DNA from: Sarcophilus harrisii
Lineage: Eukaryota
Length of the DNA stretch: 64,000 bases
NCBI GenBank assembly: GCA_048593225.1
Contig: CM109174.1
Coordinates: forward strand, 125,747,754 to 125,811,753
Direction: 5' to 3'
Shown here: piece after piece, positions 37,869 to 49,620 of the stretch
How the letters are laid out: each line of letters begins with the position of its first letter
How positions within the stretch are numbered: the stretch's first letter is position 1
Translations under genes and position numbers: made by a program
Notes under the pieces: generated by a model
The model's database searches: none
What the model was told of the DNA's origin: nothing
Seen by the model: the letters and a program-made list of their open reading frames with translations, nothing else

Positions 37869-38743
37869 TAGGCAATATAAGGTCTACTATCTCTAATACT
37901 ACCTAGTGATAGGGGTGAGGGATAGTGGCAGCTCAAAATCCCTTCTAAAATGGCTCACAAGTTTTTCTTTTTAATGCTAAAAGAAGGCCCCATCTCTGAT
38001 GTAATTTAGAGTTATTTTAATTTTTTTTCAACTCTTCAAACATTTCAAGGCAGTGAATGGCTATGTGAAATTGGGGCTCATCTTCCCCCCCCCTTTTAAT
38101 CTCTGTCTCTTCTTAGAATGAGAAACCTGTTATTTATGAGAATTAGAAAACTACAGAAATTTGCTTCAATTGAGCAGAGTTGAGCATTATTACAATTTTG
38201 GAAACAGGGACAGTTGTTCTCTACAAAATGGGAGATAAGGTAAAATAGTGAAATCTTGTCTCTGACTAGTTTGACCAAGGTCGAGTGGGTCTTGATTTTC
38301 CAGGAGAAAAATAATATCCTCTTTTTGAGGAGTTACAGCTTTTCCCCTTTCCCTTTCCCATGTATATATGAATGTTGACCTGGATAGCAAAGTGTGGGAA
38401 AGGAAACTTTCATTAGTATTCTAATGTTGAAGAATAATAATAACTGAGAATAACTATCACTACCATCACAATAATAATAGTAATAATAATAATAAGGGAA
38501 GATTGATATTTGAAGTTGTAAAATTCTAAATGACAAATTCATCTCTTTATACCTTTTTGACAGGAATATTGAACTATGGAGACCAAATATGAACAGCATT
38601 GTAATATTTTGCACTTTTATTGACTCACCCCAGTCCTTGAATGCATTGGAAATTTTAGTGTTTCAATTTTTTAGCAAGACAAACATCTGGAAACAAAATA
38701 GATAATATTTCTCACAAATACATGTATTACATGTGCATGATGT

Positions 38744-38772
38744 ATGTGTGTGTGTGTGAGTGTGTGTGTGTA
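38744..38772. repeat. (TG)n microsatellite
   Basis: The sequence is 'tgtatgtgtgtgtgtgtgagtgtgtgtgtgtag'. Confidence 0.85.
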
Positions 38773-41700
38773 GCAGACAGAAAGCTGGACTGAAAACCAA
38801 CCCAGATTTGAGTTCAGTTTCTGTTTCTGACATATGCTATTTATATGATGTTAGATAGGTTACTGGACCACTAAATATTACAGGAAACTTTCTAAACTTT
38901 CTTTTTTGATAAATTGCTGATTTGTTGAGAAATGGTAAAATCACCATAGGTCCAGTCTCTGCCCCTTTAGATATTATTATGATTAATCAAATTCATCTGA
39001 AATTATTACTTAATGTGTAGTAGTTTGGATTTTTTTTATCATTAATATGAATTTTCTCAGACTAATGGATGTTAATTGTACAAACTGCTATCCCATGGAG
39101 GTAAATGACACTTTCTTTTTTTGACATGAAAACTGAGTTGTATTAAAAACAGTTGGGAGTCTTTTGTCAGGACCTTAGCAACTGATGATGAAAAGTCAGT
39201 GTGGACTCTAATTGGCAGCATGTATGAACGTGGGTTTTCAGAAGTAAAACTGAAGGAAAAAGGGTAAGAGGAGGATGGATGGAGAAGATCAGGTGTCATA
39301 TGTTCTGCCAAGCTTAGGATGAGGAAGCTTTGGGAGGTCTCCTTCCCTCCTCCTAAAGTTCAGTGTTGCATGTTGGTATTTTCCCAGTTTCTTCATTCCT
39401 GCTGATGCATGGCTTGCAGACAATGCAGTTGGTGCTCTTGCAGACCCCTGGACAGATTTTCTTCCTCTTATGCAGGGGGGAAGAGAGGGATGTTCTGGAA
39501 GACTATAAAGATGCCTATGCCCCCCAAATAATGGGCAAGGTCTACTCTCCCATCTACTCCATTCCTCTGGATTAAAGTCCCTCTGAGACTATGGGACCCT
39601 GGATCAGAAGACCCTGGACTCTCAGCAACCCAGCCATTTGAGTGCCAGAGTGGAGGTGAGATAAGAAGAACCTTGACCTTGGGAGCTGATTATGTGTTCT
39701 ATGTTACCTGTACCTGATGTTTTTTTTTTTTTTAATATTGTGTTTTCCTATCTAATCTAAGTAAAACGTTTGCTTTTCTACAATATGTTATAAAAATATT
39801 TTAATGACTTTATAAGACAAGGGAATTTCCAGTGGGGTGAGGGGGTTAGGCTAATTTACAGGATCCTGAATCTGGGCTCTGACTAGAGTCTCAGGGAGTA
39901 ACTGGTTAAAAAAGAGCTTGCCCAGAGACCCTTAAAGAATTGATTACCTTGATGTGACAGCTTTTTCCTGGATTCAGTTTGAATTTTTTAGATTTTTTTT
40001 TTTTTGGCAAAACTATTTGATCATTGAGTTAGATTAAAGTTGCAAGGGCCATTTATCTATATCAATTTATATCAATATCAACATCTTTCTCAGTATATAT
40101 CTGTTTATTTCTCTTCCCTGGGCAGTAATTGATTAAGAGTTTTTTTTTTTTTCCTCACTAAAATCCTTTCTGTTCAGGTGAGTTGCTGTTTCACCATATC
40201 TCTTTATTCTATGGGCATGTAAAGAATCAATTTGGTACATAACACTATTTGGTGTGTACAGTTGCTATTTGGTATATAACATATGTCACTGCATTTCTGT
40301 ATCATAGTAATTGCTGTTTTTGTTGAACATTGCTGTATTGTTGCCGCGTATTCTGATTGAGATCGAACTAAGAATGATGACTGTGCTTGAGATCACAGAA
40401 CTATTGAATTTCAGAGTTGGAAGGGACTGCAGTGGACCTTCAGTACAACCCTTCCCTATCCTGAATGAATCTCCACTATAATTTCCCCTTTCCAAGGGGC
40501 AGAACCTACTCACCACCTATTGAGGTAATCTTTGACTCTTTGAATCTGAGTGTCTTTTGGATAATATTAATTGTTAGGACATTTTCCCTTCCACCAAACT
40601 AAATCTGTCTCTCCCCCTTCCTTCTCATTTCTCCTGGATCTGCCCTCTGGAGTTCAATAAAACAAGTCTGATTTCTCCACTATGTGATAGACTTGTAAAT
40701 CCTGAAACACAGAAATCATATCCATGATGAGATTTCTCTTCTTCAGCCCCTTCAACTGACCACTGCATTACAGACTTTGGGGTCTTCATCAATTGCCTGA
40801 TCTGCTTCAGACATTCAACAATTTAATCAATTTTCTTCCTAAAAGATCACCTCTAAAACTTCAGTTATGGTCCTATCAAGGCAGAATACAGATGAATTAT
40901 CACCCCTTTATTTCTGGAAGCCATGCCTTTTCGTATAGCACAATAACATCAACGTTTTGGTCTCTGATCTTATACTATTTCATATTGAGCTTATAATCCA
41001 CTACAGCCTCTAGATCTTTTTCAGATAAGCTGCTGTTCAGTTATGCCTTCCCCATCTTGTGCTTTTGAAGTTGAACTCAAGTTTAAGACATTTATTCCAT
41101 GAATTTCATTTGCTTGCATTCAGTCCAAAGTTTTAGCTTTGTCAAAATATATTTTTTGGATCTTGATCATTATCCAGGGTGATATAGTTATCCTTCCTAC
41201 GTGTCATCTGCAAATCTGATAAGATTATCATCTGTATTTCTAAGTAATTGATAAGGTATTAAGCAGCCCAGATCAAAGCACATCTTTGGGCATTCTATTG
41301 AAAACCTTCTGACATTTTGACATATAATTCTTAGTGATTACTGTCTAGTCAACAAATTCTGAATCCACCTAATTTTATTACCATGTAGCCCATATTTTTC
41401 TGTCTTTAACTTAAGAATGGTATGGGATAATTGATCAAATACTTGGTTAAAATATAGAGAAGATATGTTTACAAAATCTCCTGGTTTTGACAATGACATT
41501 ATTAAAAAAAAGAAAGGAAAAAAGTTCATCTGGCATAATCACTCTTTGTGGCAATTTGTGGCTGCTATTTCCTTTTCTAGATGTTTAATAATCTACCCTA
41601 ATGACTTGTTATAAAATTTTCTCAAAAATAAAAAGTAAAATTTTCTTTAATATAGTTCATAGATGCTATAGTTTATAAGTTATTTCCTTCACTTTTTTTT

Positions 41701-42419
41701 GAAGATTGGAATATTTTCCCTTTTGCAATATTGTATTATCTCCTTTGTTTCCTATGATCTTAAATTTTTAAAAATTGTATTTCTATTTTTATATCACTTT
41801 CATTTCTGAATATATCCTTCTTCCCTCTCTTGCTCAATGGGTCTTTTTTTTTAAACAAAGAATTAAAAAGAAACAGAAAAAACACAGTACAGCAGAACTA
41901 AACAACAGTAAACATCAACCAAGACCGATAGCATGTTCTACACCTATTTTCTCCTACTTCTGCAAATAAGGGAGGGAAGTGAATTTTTGCATTTCTCTGG
42001 GTCCAAGCCTGGTCATTATAATTATATAACTTTTCATTACAAGTCCATTTGTTGTCCCTCTTTCTGACCCTTATCACACTTCACCTCAACTATTGTAATA
42101 GCTTCCTAATTGGCCTTCTTAACTCCAGTGTCTCTCACCTCCAATTTACTAGATACAGATTAATTTTGCTGGCATATAGTTCTGAGCTTGTTGGTCCTTA
42201 TTCACATATCTTCAGTAACTCCCCTTTTCTTTTTTAAAAAATATTATTGATACTTCAAAAAAAATCAAATTATGTCATTTCCTGTCTACCCATTCTCCTT
42301 ATCCATTCCTAGTGGATAAAATTATGGAAGACCTTGAATGCCAAGCTGAGAAGTTTATATTTTTTCCTGTATGAAAAAAGGGTCTGTAATTAGTGAGGGT
42401 TCTACTAGGAGTGAATGTT

Positions 42420-43040
42420 TTTTTTGATTTTGCTCATTCTAATTTTCATTATTTTGTGCAAATCTTTCCATGTTTTTTAAAAATCATCAAGCTCATTATT
42501 TCTTTTTAATTGTGGTAAGTTTATTTTTATTAATACATTGCTTTATGAATCATGTTGGGAGAGAAAAAAATCAGAACAAAAGGGAAAAACCATGGGAGAA
42601 ATAAAAAAAGAAATGAACATAGTATGTGTTGGTTTACATTTAGTCTCCACAGTTCTTTTTCTGTATGTAGATGGAATTTTCTGTCCAAAGTCTATTGGGA
42701 TTGCTTTGGATCACTGAACCACTGAGAAGAACCAAGTCTTTCATAGTTGATCATTGCATATTCTTGCTGTTACTGTGTACAATGTATTCCTGGTTCTGCT
42801 TGTTTTGCTCAAAATCAATTCATGTGAATCTTTCCAGGCCTTTCTATAATCAGCTTGTTCATCATTTTTTATAGAACAATAATATTCCATTACCTTCATG
42901 TACCACAACTTGTTCAGCCTTTCTCCAATTTAAGGGCATCTACTCATTTTCCAATTCTTTGCTACCACAAAAAAATCTTTGTTGCCAATGGCACAAAAAG
43001 AGCTATTATAAATATTTTCATATATTTAGGCACTTTTCTC
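42420..43040 (-). mobile_element. L1 3' end fragment
   Basis: It contains '...tttctccaatttaagggcatctactcattttccaattctttgctaccacaaaaaaatc' (L1 ORF2 end, minus sense). Confidence 0.6.
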
Positions 43041-43059
43041 CTTTATGATCTTTTTTTTT

Positions 43060-45520
43060 TATTATAGTAATTTTTTATTGACAGAATCCATGCCAGGGTA
43101 ATTTTTTTTGCAACATTATCCCTTGTACTCACTTCTGTTCTGATTTTTCCCTCCCACCCTCCACCCCCTCCCCTAGATGGCAAGCAGTCCTATATATGTT
43201 GAATATGTCCTAGTATATCCTAGATACAATGTATGTGTGCAGATCCAAACAGTTTTCTTGTTGCACAGGGAGAATTGGATTCAGAAGGTAGAAATAACCC
43301 GGGAAGAAAAACAAAAATGCAAACAGTTTACATTCATTTCCCAGTGTTTTTTTTCTTTGGGTGTAGCTGCTTCTGTCCATCATTGATCAATTGAAACTGA
43401 ATTAGGTCTCTTTGTCAAAGAAATCCACTTCCATCAGATTACATCTTCATACAGTATCGTTGTTGACATATATAATGATCTCTTGGTTCTGCTCATTTCA
43501 CTTAGCATCAGTTCATGTAATTCTCTCCAAGCTTCTCTGTATTCATCTTGCTGGTCGTTTCTTACAGAACAATAATATTCCATAACATTCATATACCACA
43601 ATTTACCCAACCATTCTCCAATTGATGGGCATCCATTCAGTTTCCAGCTTCTAGCCACTACAAACAGGGCTGCCACAAACATTTTGGCACATACTGGTCC
43701 CTTTCCCTTCTTTAGTATCTCCTTGGGGATAAGCCCAGTAGAAACACTGCTGGATCAAAGGGTATGCACAGTTTGATAACTTTTTGGGCATAATTCCAGA
43801 TTGCTCTCCAGAATGGTTGGATTCGTTCACAGCTCCACCAACAATGTACCAGTGTCCCAGTTTTCCCACATCCCCTCTAACACTCATCATTATTTTTTCC
43901 TGTCATCTTAGCCAATCTGACAGGTGTGTAGTGGTATCTCAGAGTTGTCTTAATTTGCATTTCTCTGATTAATAATGATTTGGAACTCTTTCATATGAGT
44001 GGTAATGATTTCAATTTCATCATCTGAAAATTGTCTGTTCATATCCTTTGACCATTTATCAACTGGAGAATGACTTGGTTTCTTATAAATTAGAGTCAGC
44101 TCTCTATATATTTTGGAAATGAGGCCTTTATCAGAACCTTTAACTGTGAAGATGTTTTCCCAGTTTGTTGCTTCCCTTCTAATCTTGTTTACATTAGTTT
44201 TGTTTGTACAGAAGCTTTTTAATTTGATGTAATCAAAATTTTCTATTTTGTGATCAATAATGGTCTCTAGTTCGTCTTTAGTCACAAATTTCTTCCTCTT
44301 CCACAAGTCTGAGAGATAAACTATCCTATGTTCCTCCAATTTGTTTATAATCTCGTTCTTTATGTCTAAATCATGGACCCATTTTGATCTTATCTTGGTA
44401 TACGGTGTTAAGTGTGGGTCCATGCCTAATTTCTGCCATACTAATTTCCAGTTATCCCAGCAGTTTTTGTCAAATAATGAATTCTTATCCCAAAAGTGAG
44501 GATCTTTGGGTTTGTCAAACACTAAATTGCTATAGTTGACTTTTCTGTCTTGTGAACCTAACCTGTTCCACTGATCAACTAATCTATTTCTTAGCCAATA
44601 CCAAATGGTTTTGGTGACTGCTGCTTTATAATATAGTTTTAGATCAGGTACAGCTAGGCCACCTTCATTTGATTTTTTTTTTCATTAATTTTTTTGAGAT
44701 TCTTGACCTTTTATTATTCCATATGAATTTTGTTGTTATTTTTTCTAGATCATTAAAATATTTTCTTGGAAGTCTGATTGGTATAGCACTAAATAAATAG
44801 ATTAGTTTAGGGAGTATTGTCATCTTTATTATATTTGCTCGACCTATCCAGGAGCACTTGATATTTTTCCAATTGTTTAAGTCTGACTTTTATTTGTGTG
44901 GAAAGTTTTTTGTAATTTAGCTCATAGAATTCCTGACTTTCCTTTGGTAGATAGATTCCCAAATATTTTATGCTGTCGACAGTTATTCTGAATGGAATTT
45001 CTCTTTGTATCTCTTGCTGTTGGATTTTGTTGGTGATGTATAAAAATGCTGAGGATTTATGGGGATTTATTTTATAACCTGCAACTTTGCTAAAGTTATA
45101 GATTATTTCTAATAGCTTTTTCGTAGAATCTCTAGGGTTCTCTAAGTATACCATCATATCATCTGCAAAGAGTGATAGTTTGGTTTCCTCACTGCCTGTT
45201 CTGATTCCTTTAATCTCTTTCTCAACTCTTATTGCCGAGGCTAGTGTTTCTAATACAATATTGAATAATAATGGTGACAGTGGGCAACCTTGCTTCACTC
45301 CAGATCTTACTGGGAAAGATTCCAGTTTTTCCCCATTGCATATGATGCTTACTGATGGTTTTAAATATATGCTCCTGACTATTTTAAGAAAAAGTCCATT
45401 TATTCCTATACTCTCAAGTGTTTTTATTAGGAATGGATGTTGGATTTTATCAAATGCTTTTTCTGCATCTATTGAGATGATCATATGGTTTTTGTTATTT
45501 TGCTTATTGATGTAGTCAAT
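43060..45520 (-). mobile_element. L1, 5'-truncated about 2.5 kb, with long residual ORF2 reading frames (RT domain with FADD motif)
   Basis: Track ORF 44807..45484(-) is 225 aa ('...[14 protein letters not shown]...[13 protein letters not shown]...') and 43950..44522(-) is 190 aa of ORF2 C-terminus. There is a T-rich tail at 43040-43065. Confidence 0.85.
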
Positions 45521-45529
45521 CCTTTATGA

Positions 45530-46330
45530 ACTTTTGGGGATAGTATTGCTGAATCAAAAGTTATGCACAATTTTATTGACTTTTGTTTCCAAATTGGTCT
45601 CCAGAATGGTTGGATAAGTTCACAATTCCACTAACAATGTATTGATATCTCATTTTCCTCACATTTTTCTTCTTCAACATTTATCATTTTTCCTTTTCTG
45701 TCATATTAGTCAATCTGATGGGCATCAGGTAGTACTTTGGAGTTTTCATTTTATAAAATTATAAAAAATTATAAATATAAATTATAAAATATAAATATAA
45801 ACAAATATATATAAATAAAATATAAATATAAAATATAATAAAATATAAAAAATAAAAATAAAATAAAAATATAAATAAAATATAATAAATAAATATAAAT
45901 ATAAATATAAAATAAAATATAAATTAAAAAAATTATTAAAAATTATAAAATTTCATTTTATAAATTGTGGAATAACTTGTGTCCTTAAAAATTTGACTCA
46001 GTTCTCTATGAGCTTGAGAAATCAGGCCTTTATCAGAGTCATTTGCTATAAAAATTATTTTCCAGCTTTCCACATTCCTTCTAAGGTTGTATTGGTTTTG
46101 TGTGTGCAAAACCTCTTTAATGTAACCAAAATTATACATTTTACATTTCATAATGTTCTCTCTGGTTTGATCATCAATTCTTCCCTTCTCCATAGATTTG
46201 ACAGGTCAAATAAATATTCCTTGCTCTCTTAATTTGCTTATGGCACCACCTTTTACATGAAAATGGATACATCGAAGTCATTTTGACTTTATCTTGGTAC
46301 ATGCAGTTACATGGTGGTCTATGCCTAGTT
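45530..46330 (-). mobile_element. Additional L1 ORF2 C-terminal fragments flanking an A/T simple repeat
   Basis: It contains 'ccaaattggtctccagaatggttggataagttcacaattccactaacaatg', and track ORF 45936..46193(-) is L1-like. Confidence 0.55.
45752..45968. repeat. (AAATA/ATAAA)n simple repeat
   Basis: The sequence is 'ataaaattataaaaaattataaatataaattataaaatataaatataaa...'. Confidence 0.85.
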
Positions 46331-46879
46331 TCTGCCAATGGCACCTTATTAAAAGTTCCTTACTCTAAGTATATGATCTTATGCCTTTTATTTAAGCTGA
46401 ATCCTGGCATTTCCCAGAAGCCTGAACATTCAGCCCCGAAAGCATTAGACCTTGCTCCAGGGCTCAGGGCACAAGAGGAAGAGGGGTGGGAATTGAAGAT
46501 TGGGGTCAGGCTTTAGAGAAGAATTTGTGGGAGTGGGAGAAGCTTGGAGATGGGAAGGGTAGGGCCTGCATAGACAAAACCATACATAGCCGAACATTAA
46601 GTGGGTGAGCCAAATTCTCCTGATGCCCTTGGATTTCCAAGGTGTAGGAAGGGTTTGATTGCTATCCCTCCCTGGCATCTGAGAAACTATCCAGAGTCTG
46701 CACCCAGAAAGAAGACAGGCGGTTTTAGCCGCTGGAAACTGAGAATAAAGGGAAGAGCTACAAAGGCTAAAAAACAAAAACAAAACCTTTCCTGCTGGGG
46801 AGCAGAGAAGAACTACTCCCTTTTCCGGTACCTCACCCCAGGAAATGGTTCTTTACCACGGGTGACCACATCCACCCTG

Positions 46880-47077
46880 TTTCCATAGAAACACCTGGGA
46901 GGAAGAGGGTGGCAGGGGCAGTTGAGTCACAGTTGCTTAACTGCCTGCCCCAAATGGGCCCTGTTTATACCCTTCTGGGAATCCCACCCTATTCAGTGCC
47001 CTCCCAGGATGCACTGAAGCGATCATCCCTCAAATTGGATGAGAACAGAAACTGCTGGACTATCTGAAGAGACCAAG
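46880..47077 (+). promoter_or_regulatory. C16orf54: Candidate C16orf54 promoter and non-coding exon 1
   Basis: This is a unique, moderately GC-rich block. An AP-1 consensus TGAGTCA lies at 46923-46929. A 'tttata' lies at 46964-46969. A good donor 'accaag|gtgagaag' ends the candidate exon at 47077. Confidence 0.25.
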
Positions 47078-47099
47078 GTGAGAAGCATGAGTAAGAAAG

Positions 47100-47136
47100 A
47101 GAGCTGGGGGGTATAGAAATAAAGAACTAGAGATTC

Positions 47137-47173
<37 letters not shown>

Positions 47174-47900
47174 CAGAGATGGAGAGAGACACACACACGG
47201 AGACAAAGACAGAGACAGAAAGAGGGCAAAGTGGGGGAGACATTCAGACAGACAGATAGCGAGAGAGTTTGGAAGATGGTAAATCAGAGAGAAACAGGCC
47301 TGGGGAAACAGAAAGACCTGGAAGCATAGAAATGGGGACAGAGAGACAGAGGAACTCAACGAGACACACAGAAAGAGACTGATTAAGACCTCAAGAGATA
47401 TGGAGATAGGAAGAAAAAGAGGGAGAAAGAACTTGGGATGGAGAGAAAAAGAGGTAGAGAAAGAGATAACGAAACCTAGAGAAAGGCAACTAGGTCATCT
47501 GAGCACGACAGTAAAAACTCAGAGAAACAAAAGCAGAGGTACAGAGATTGGAAATCAGACTTAAAAAACCAATCTTTGCTCCAGAAAGACAGACTTAGAG
47601 AAAGACTAGGGGAAAAAAGACAAGGGAATAAATTTAGAGAGATAATGAGAAAGAGAGAGAGACCCCAAAGCAACCAGGAAAAAAACAACAAAAAACAAAA
47701 ACAAGAAAAGCAGCAGGAAAAAGGAGCAGGAACTACTGTAAGTAATGGGAAGAACAAGAGTGACTGGGCCCCTGGGGTGGAAGGATATTTCTGTCCTTTG
47801 CTCCCCCGCCATTTCCTCTTAAGCAAAATGGAGGGGGAGAGACTCCCTGGGGGAGAAGACTCCAGCTGGCTCTTTAAATGCCAGGGCTAGGGACATCTCA
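47100..47900 (+). repeat. Purine-rich (GA)n/(CAGA)n low-complexity block
   Basis: It contains (ga)9 at 47136-47152 and (caga)5 at 47153-47172, followed by A/G-rich sequence out to about 47900. Confidence 0.7.
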
Positions 47901-47929
47901 GTTCTGCAATAGAAGTGGAGCCCCAGATA

Positions 47930-48145
47930 CTGAAGAATTTTCTTTCTCTCTCATTCTCTCTGTCCCTGTATTTCTCCCCTTTCTCCCACCTTTTCCATTT
48001 TCCCCATTCTCCCTTTCTCCCCCCTCTTTTCTGGCTCTGTTCATGCGTCTGCAATAGACTCCTTTTCCCTCGTTTTCTTTCCGTTCCTTTTTTCCTCTCT
48101 GTTTTTCTCTCCCATCTTGGTCCTTCCATTTCCCTCTCCCACTCC
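47930..48145 (+). repeat. Polypyrimidine (CT-rich) tract running into the C16orf54 ATG
   Basis: The stretch is more than 90% C/T. Confidence 0.7.
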
Positions 48146-48165
48146 CAGATGTCTGCAGCTCTGGA
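47972..48165 (+). repeat. Left arm of a perfect 194-bp inverted repeat (C16orf54 exon-2 acceptor, ATG and codons 1-5)
   Basis: Base-by-base comparison shows it is identical to the reverse complement of 51127-51320. Confidence 0.9.
48100..48148 (+). promoter_or_regulatory. C16orf54: 3' splice acceptor (polypyrimidine tract plus cag) immediately 5' of the C16orf54 ATG, implying an upstream non-coding exon
   Basis: The sequence is 'tctctcccatcttggtccttccatttccctctcccactcccag|ATG'. Confidence 0.45.
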
Positions 48166-48823
48166 ACAGCCTCCTGAGGATCCAGGCCTGCCCCAATCCT
48201 CCCCATGGCCCCCCCTCCTGTGCGGACCCTGCATCCCCATCATGCTGGGCCTGGCCTTGGTGGCCGCCATCTTCCTCCTGGCCACAGCTGTGCTGGCCGA
48301 GCGTCTTTACCGCCGTTCTCTGGAATCAGACCCTAGAGTCCAGGGGCCCAGCCTGGTCTGGCGCCCAGGAGGGGAGCTGTGGATTGAGCCTGTGGGGACA
48401 CCCCACGAACGATCCGAGGATTGGTATGGTTCAACAGCCCCTCTTCTGCACTCCCAGGCTCCTGAGCCCCCAATTCTTGGGGGCACTTTGGAAATGCGGG
48501 CCACAGCACCCCCCCTTCCAGATTCTTCTCTCTGTCCTTTAGTTTCCCCCCAGGCCCCCGAGTCTCCTGGCAGCACGTTCTGCACAGCAAACCCTTGGGA
48601 AGAAAGGCCTCGGACCACTGGTCTGGTGGGCTGGTTTGAACCCCAGCCAGGGCCAGAACCCTCACCCCCCCCACTTTATAGCATCCGAAGGCCTGGGAGC
48701 CCTGAGCCTGACTGGAGCCTTCAGCCACGGGTGACCCTGGAGCAGATCTCAGCTTTTTGGAGAAGAGAGAGCAGGGTACATGGAGGTAAAACTGAGGTTT
48801 TACCCAGGTTAAGCTTCCCATAG
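48149..48823 (+). CDS. C16orf54: C16orf54 orthologue (single-pass transmembrane protein, 224 aa), uninterrupted CDS
   Basis: The ATG is at 48149. The translation 'MSAALEQPPEDPGLPQSSPWPPLLCGPCIPIMLGLALVAAIFLLATAVLAERLYRRSLESDPRVQGPSLVWRPGGELWIEPVGTPHERSEDWYGS...LQPRVTLEQISAFWRRESR' matches human C16orf54 as recalled ('CGPCIPIMLVLATLAALFILTTAVLAERLFRR...LVWRPGGELWIEPMGTARERSEDWYGS...LQPRVTLEQISAFWKREGR'). Gene order next to ZG16 is syntenic. The longer track ORF starting at 47915 is a non-ATG artefact. Confidence 0.8.
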   Translation: MSAALEQPPEDPGLPQSSPWPPLLCGPCIPIMLGLALVAAIFLLATAVLAERLYRRSLESDPRVQGPSLVWRPGGELWIEPVGTPHERSEDWYGSTAPLLHSQAPEPPILGGTLEMRATAPPLPDSSLCPLVSPQAPESPGSTFCTANPWEERPRTTGLVGWFEPQPGPEPSPPPLYSIRRPGSPEPDWSLQPRVTLEQISAFWRRESRVHGGKTEVLPRLSFP

Positions 48824-49297
48824 AGAACTTCCTCCATATTGAAGGCCTAGGGGAAGGTGGGCTTCCTGAGGGTCACGAGACATTGGGGCCTATGGACACA
48901 GGACCCTGTTCCTCACCTTTGGATCCTGGACTATCCTCAGAGAAGAGAGGTAGGATCCGGAAGGGACCCGCAAGGACAGAATGCTGAGCACTTTAAAAAA
49001 AAATCAAGACTCTTTTCTTCTGGACTCTGGAGGTCAGACTGGACGGGGATGAAGCGGTCACTCCTGCAGAGCCAAATGGATCCCTAGCTCACCCTGTGAT
49101 AAGGTGCCATCTCTCTTTAGAATGGCCTAACGGAGGTGGGGCAAATGGGGATGTTAGTATAACCGTAAAGTCACCCGAGCAAGAACATCAGGGGTGTGAA
49201 ATGGAGGAAATGAACAATTCTCTTTCCCACCCTTCAGCTGCTCTCAGTCTCCCACCTGCTGTTCCCTCCCGAGCTCCCAATCCCCTCACCTGTGGCA

Positions 49298-49303
49298 AAT
49301 AAA
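49298..49303 (+). terminator. C16orf54: C16orf54 polyadenylation signal AATAAA
   Basis: The literal 'ggcaaataaacctgc' lies about 475 nt after the stop, and no AATAAA occurs earlier. Confidence 0.5.
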
Positions 49304-49329
49304 CCTGCTTCCAAGCTCTTAACTCCTGT

Positions 49330-49620
49330 AGACAAAAACAATTTTATCTTTATAACTTGTAAATATGCATACAAGTATATATATATAATTTAATTATATA
49401 TGTATAACTTGCATATATGTATAAAGTACATATACATATAGTAAATATGCATACAAGTATAAATACATATCACATATATGTATACAAGTATATATGCTTA
49501 TATACATATATTCAAGTATATATATAACTTGTATATATGTATACATAATATGTATATGTGCTATATGTAACTTGTATGTGTGTTTATATATATATATATA
49601 CACACAAGTATATGTGGATA
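49330..49620. repeat. TA/CA-rich degenerate minisatellite (about 20-25-bp unit, 'acaagtatatatgtatac...')
   Basis: The same motif recurs visibly, for example 'taaatatgcatacaagtatatatatat...tatatgtatacaagtatatatgc...'. Confidence 0.7.

Noticed and set aside
47915-48148. N-terminal 78-aa extension of the C16orf54 ORF (track ORF 47915..48823)
   Set aside because: It is a translation of the CT-rich tract from a non-ATG start. The human protein aligns from the ATG at 48149, which is immediately preceded by a splice acceptor.
47135-48285. Minus-strand ORFs 47135..47359, 47476..47826, 47887..48285 and 47898..48206, and plus 50833..51387 and 51065..51337
   Set aside because: They are read through microsatellite or purine-rich DNA. 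The 'SRAADIWEWEREMEG...' peptides are simply the antisense of the C16orf54 5' region and of its inverted-repeat copy.
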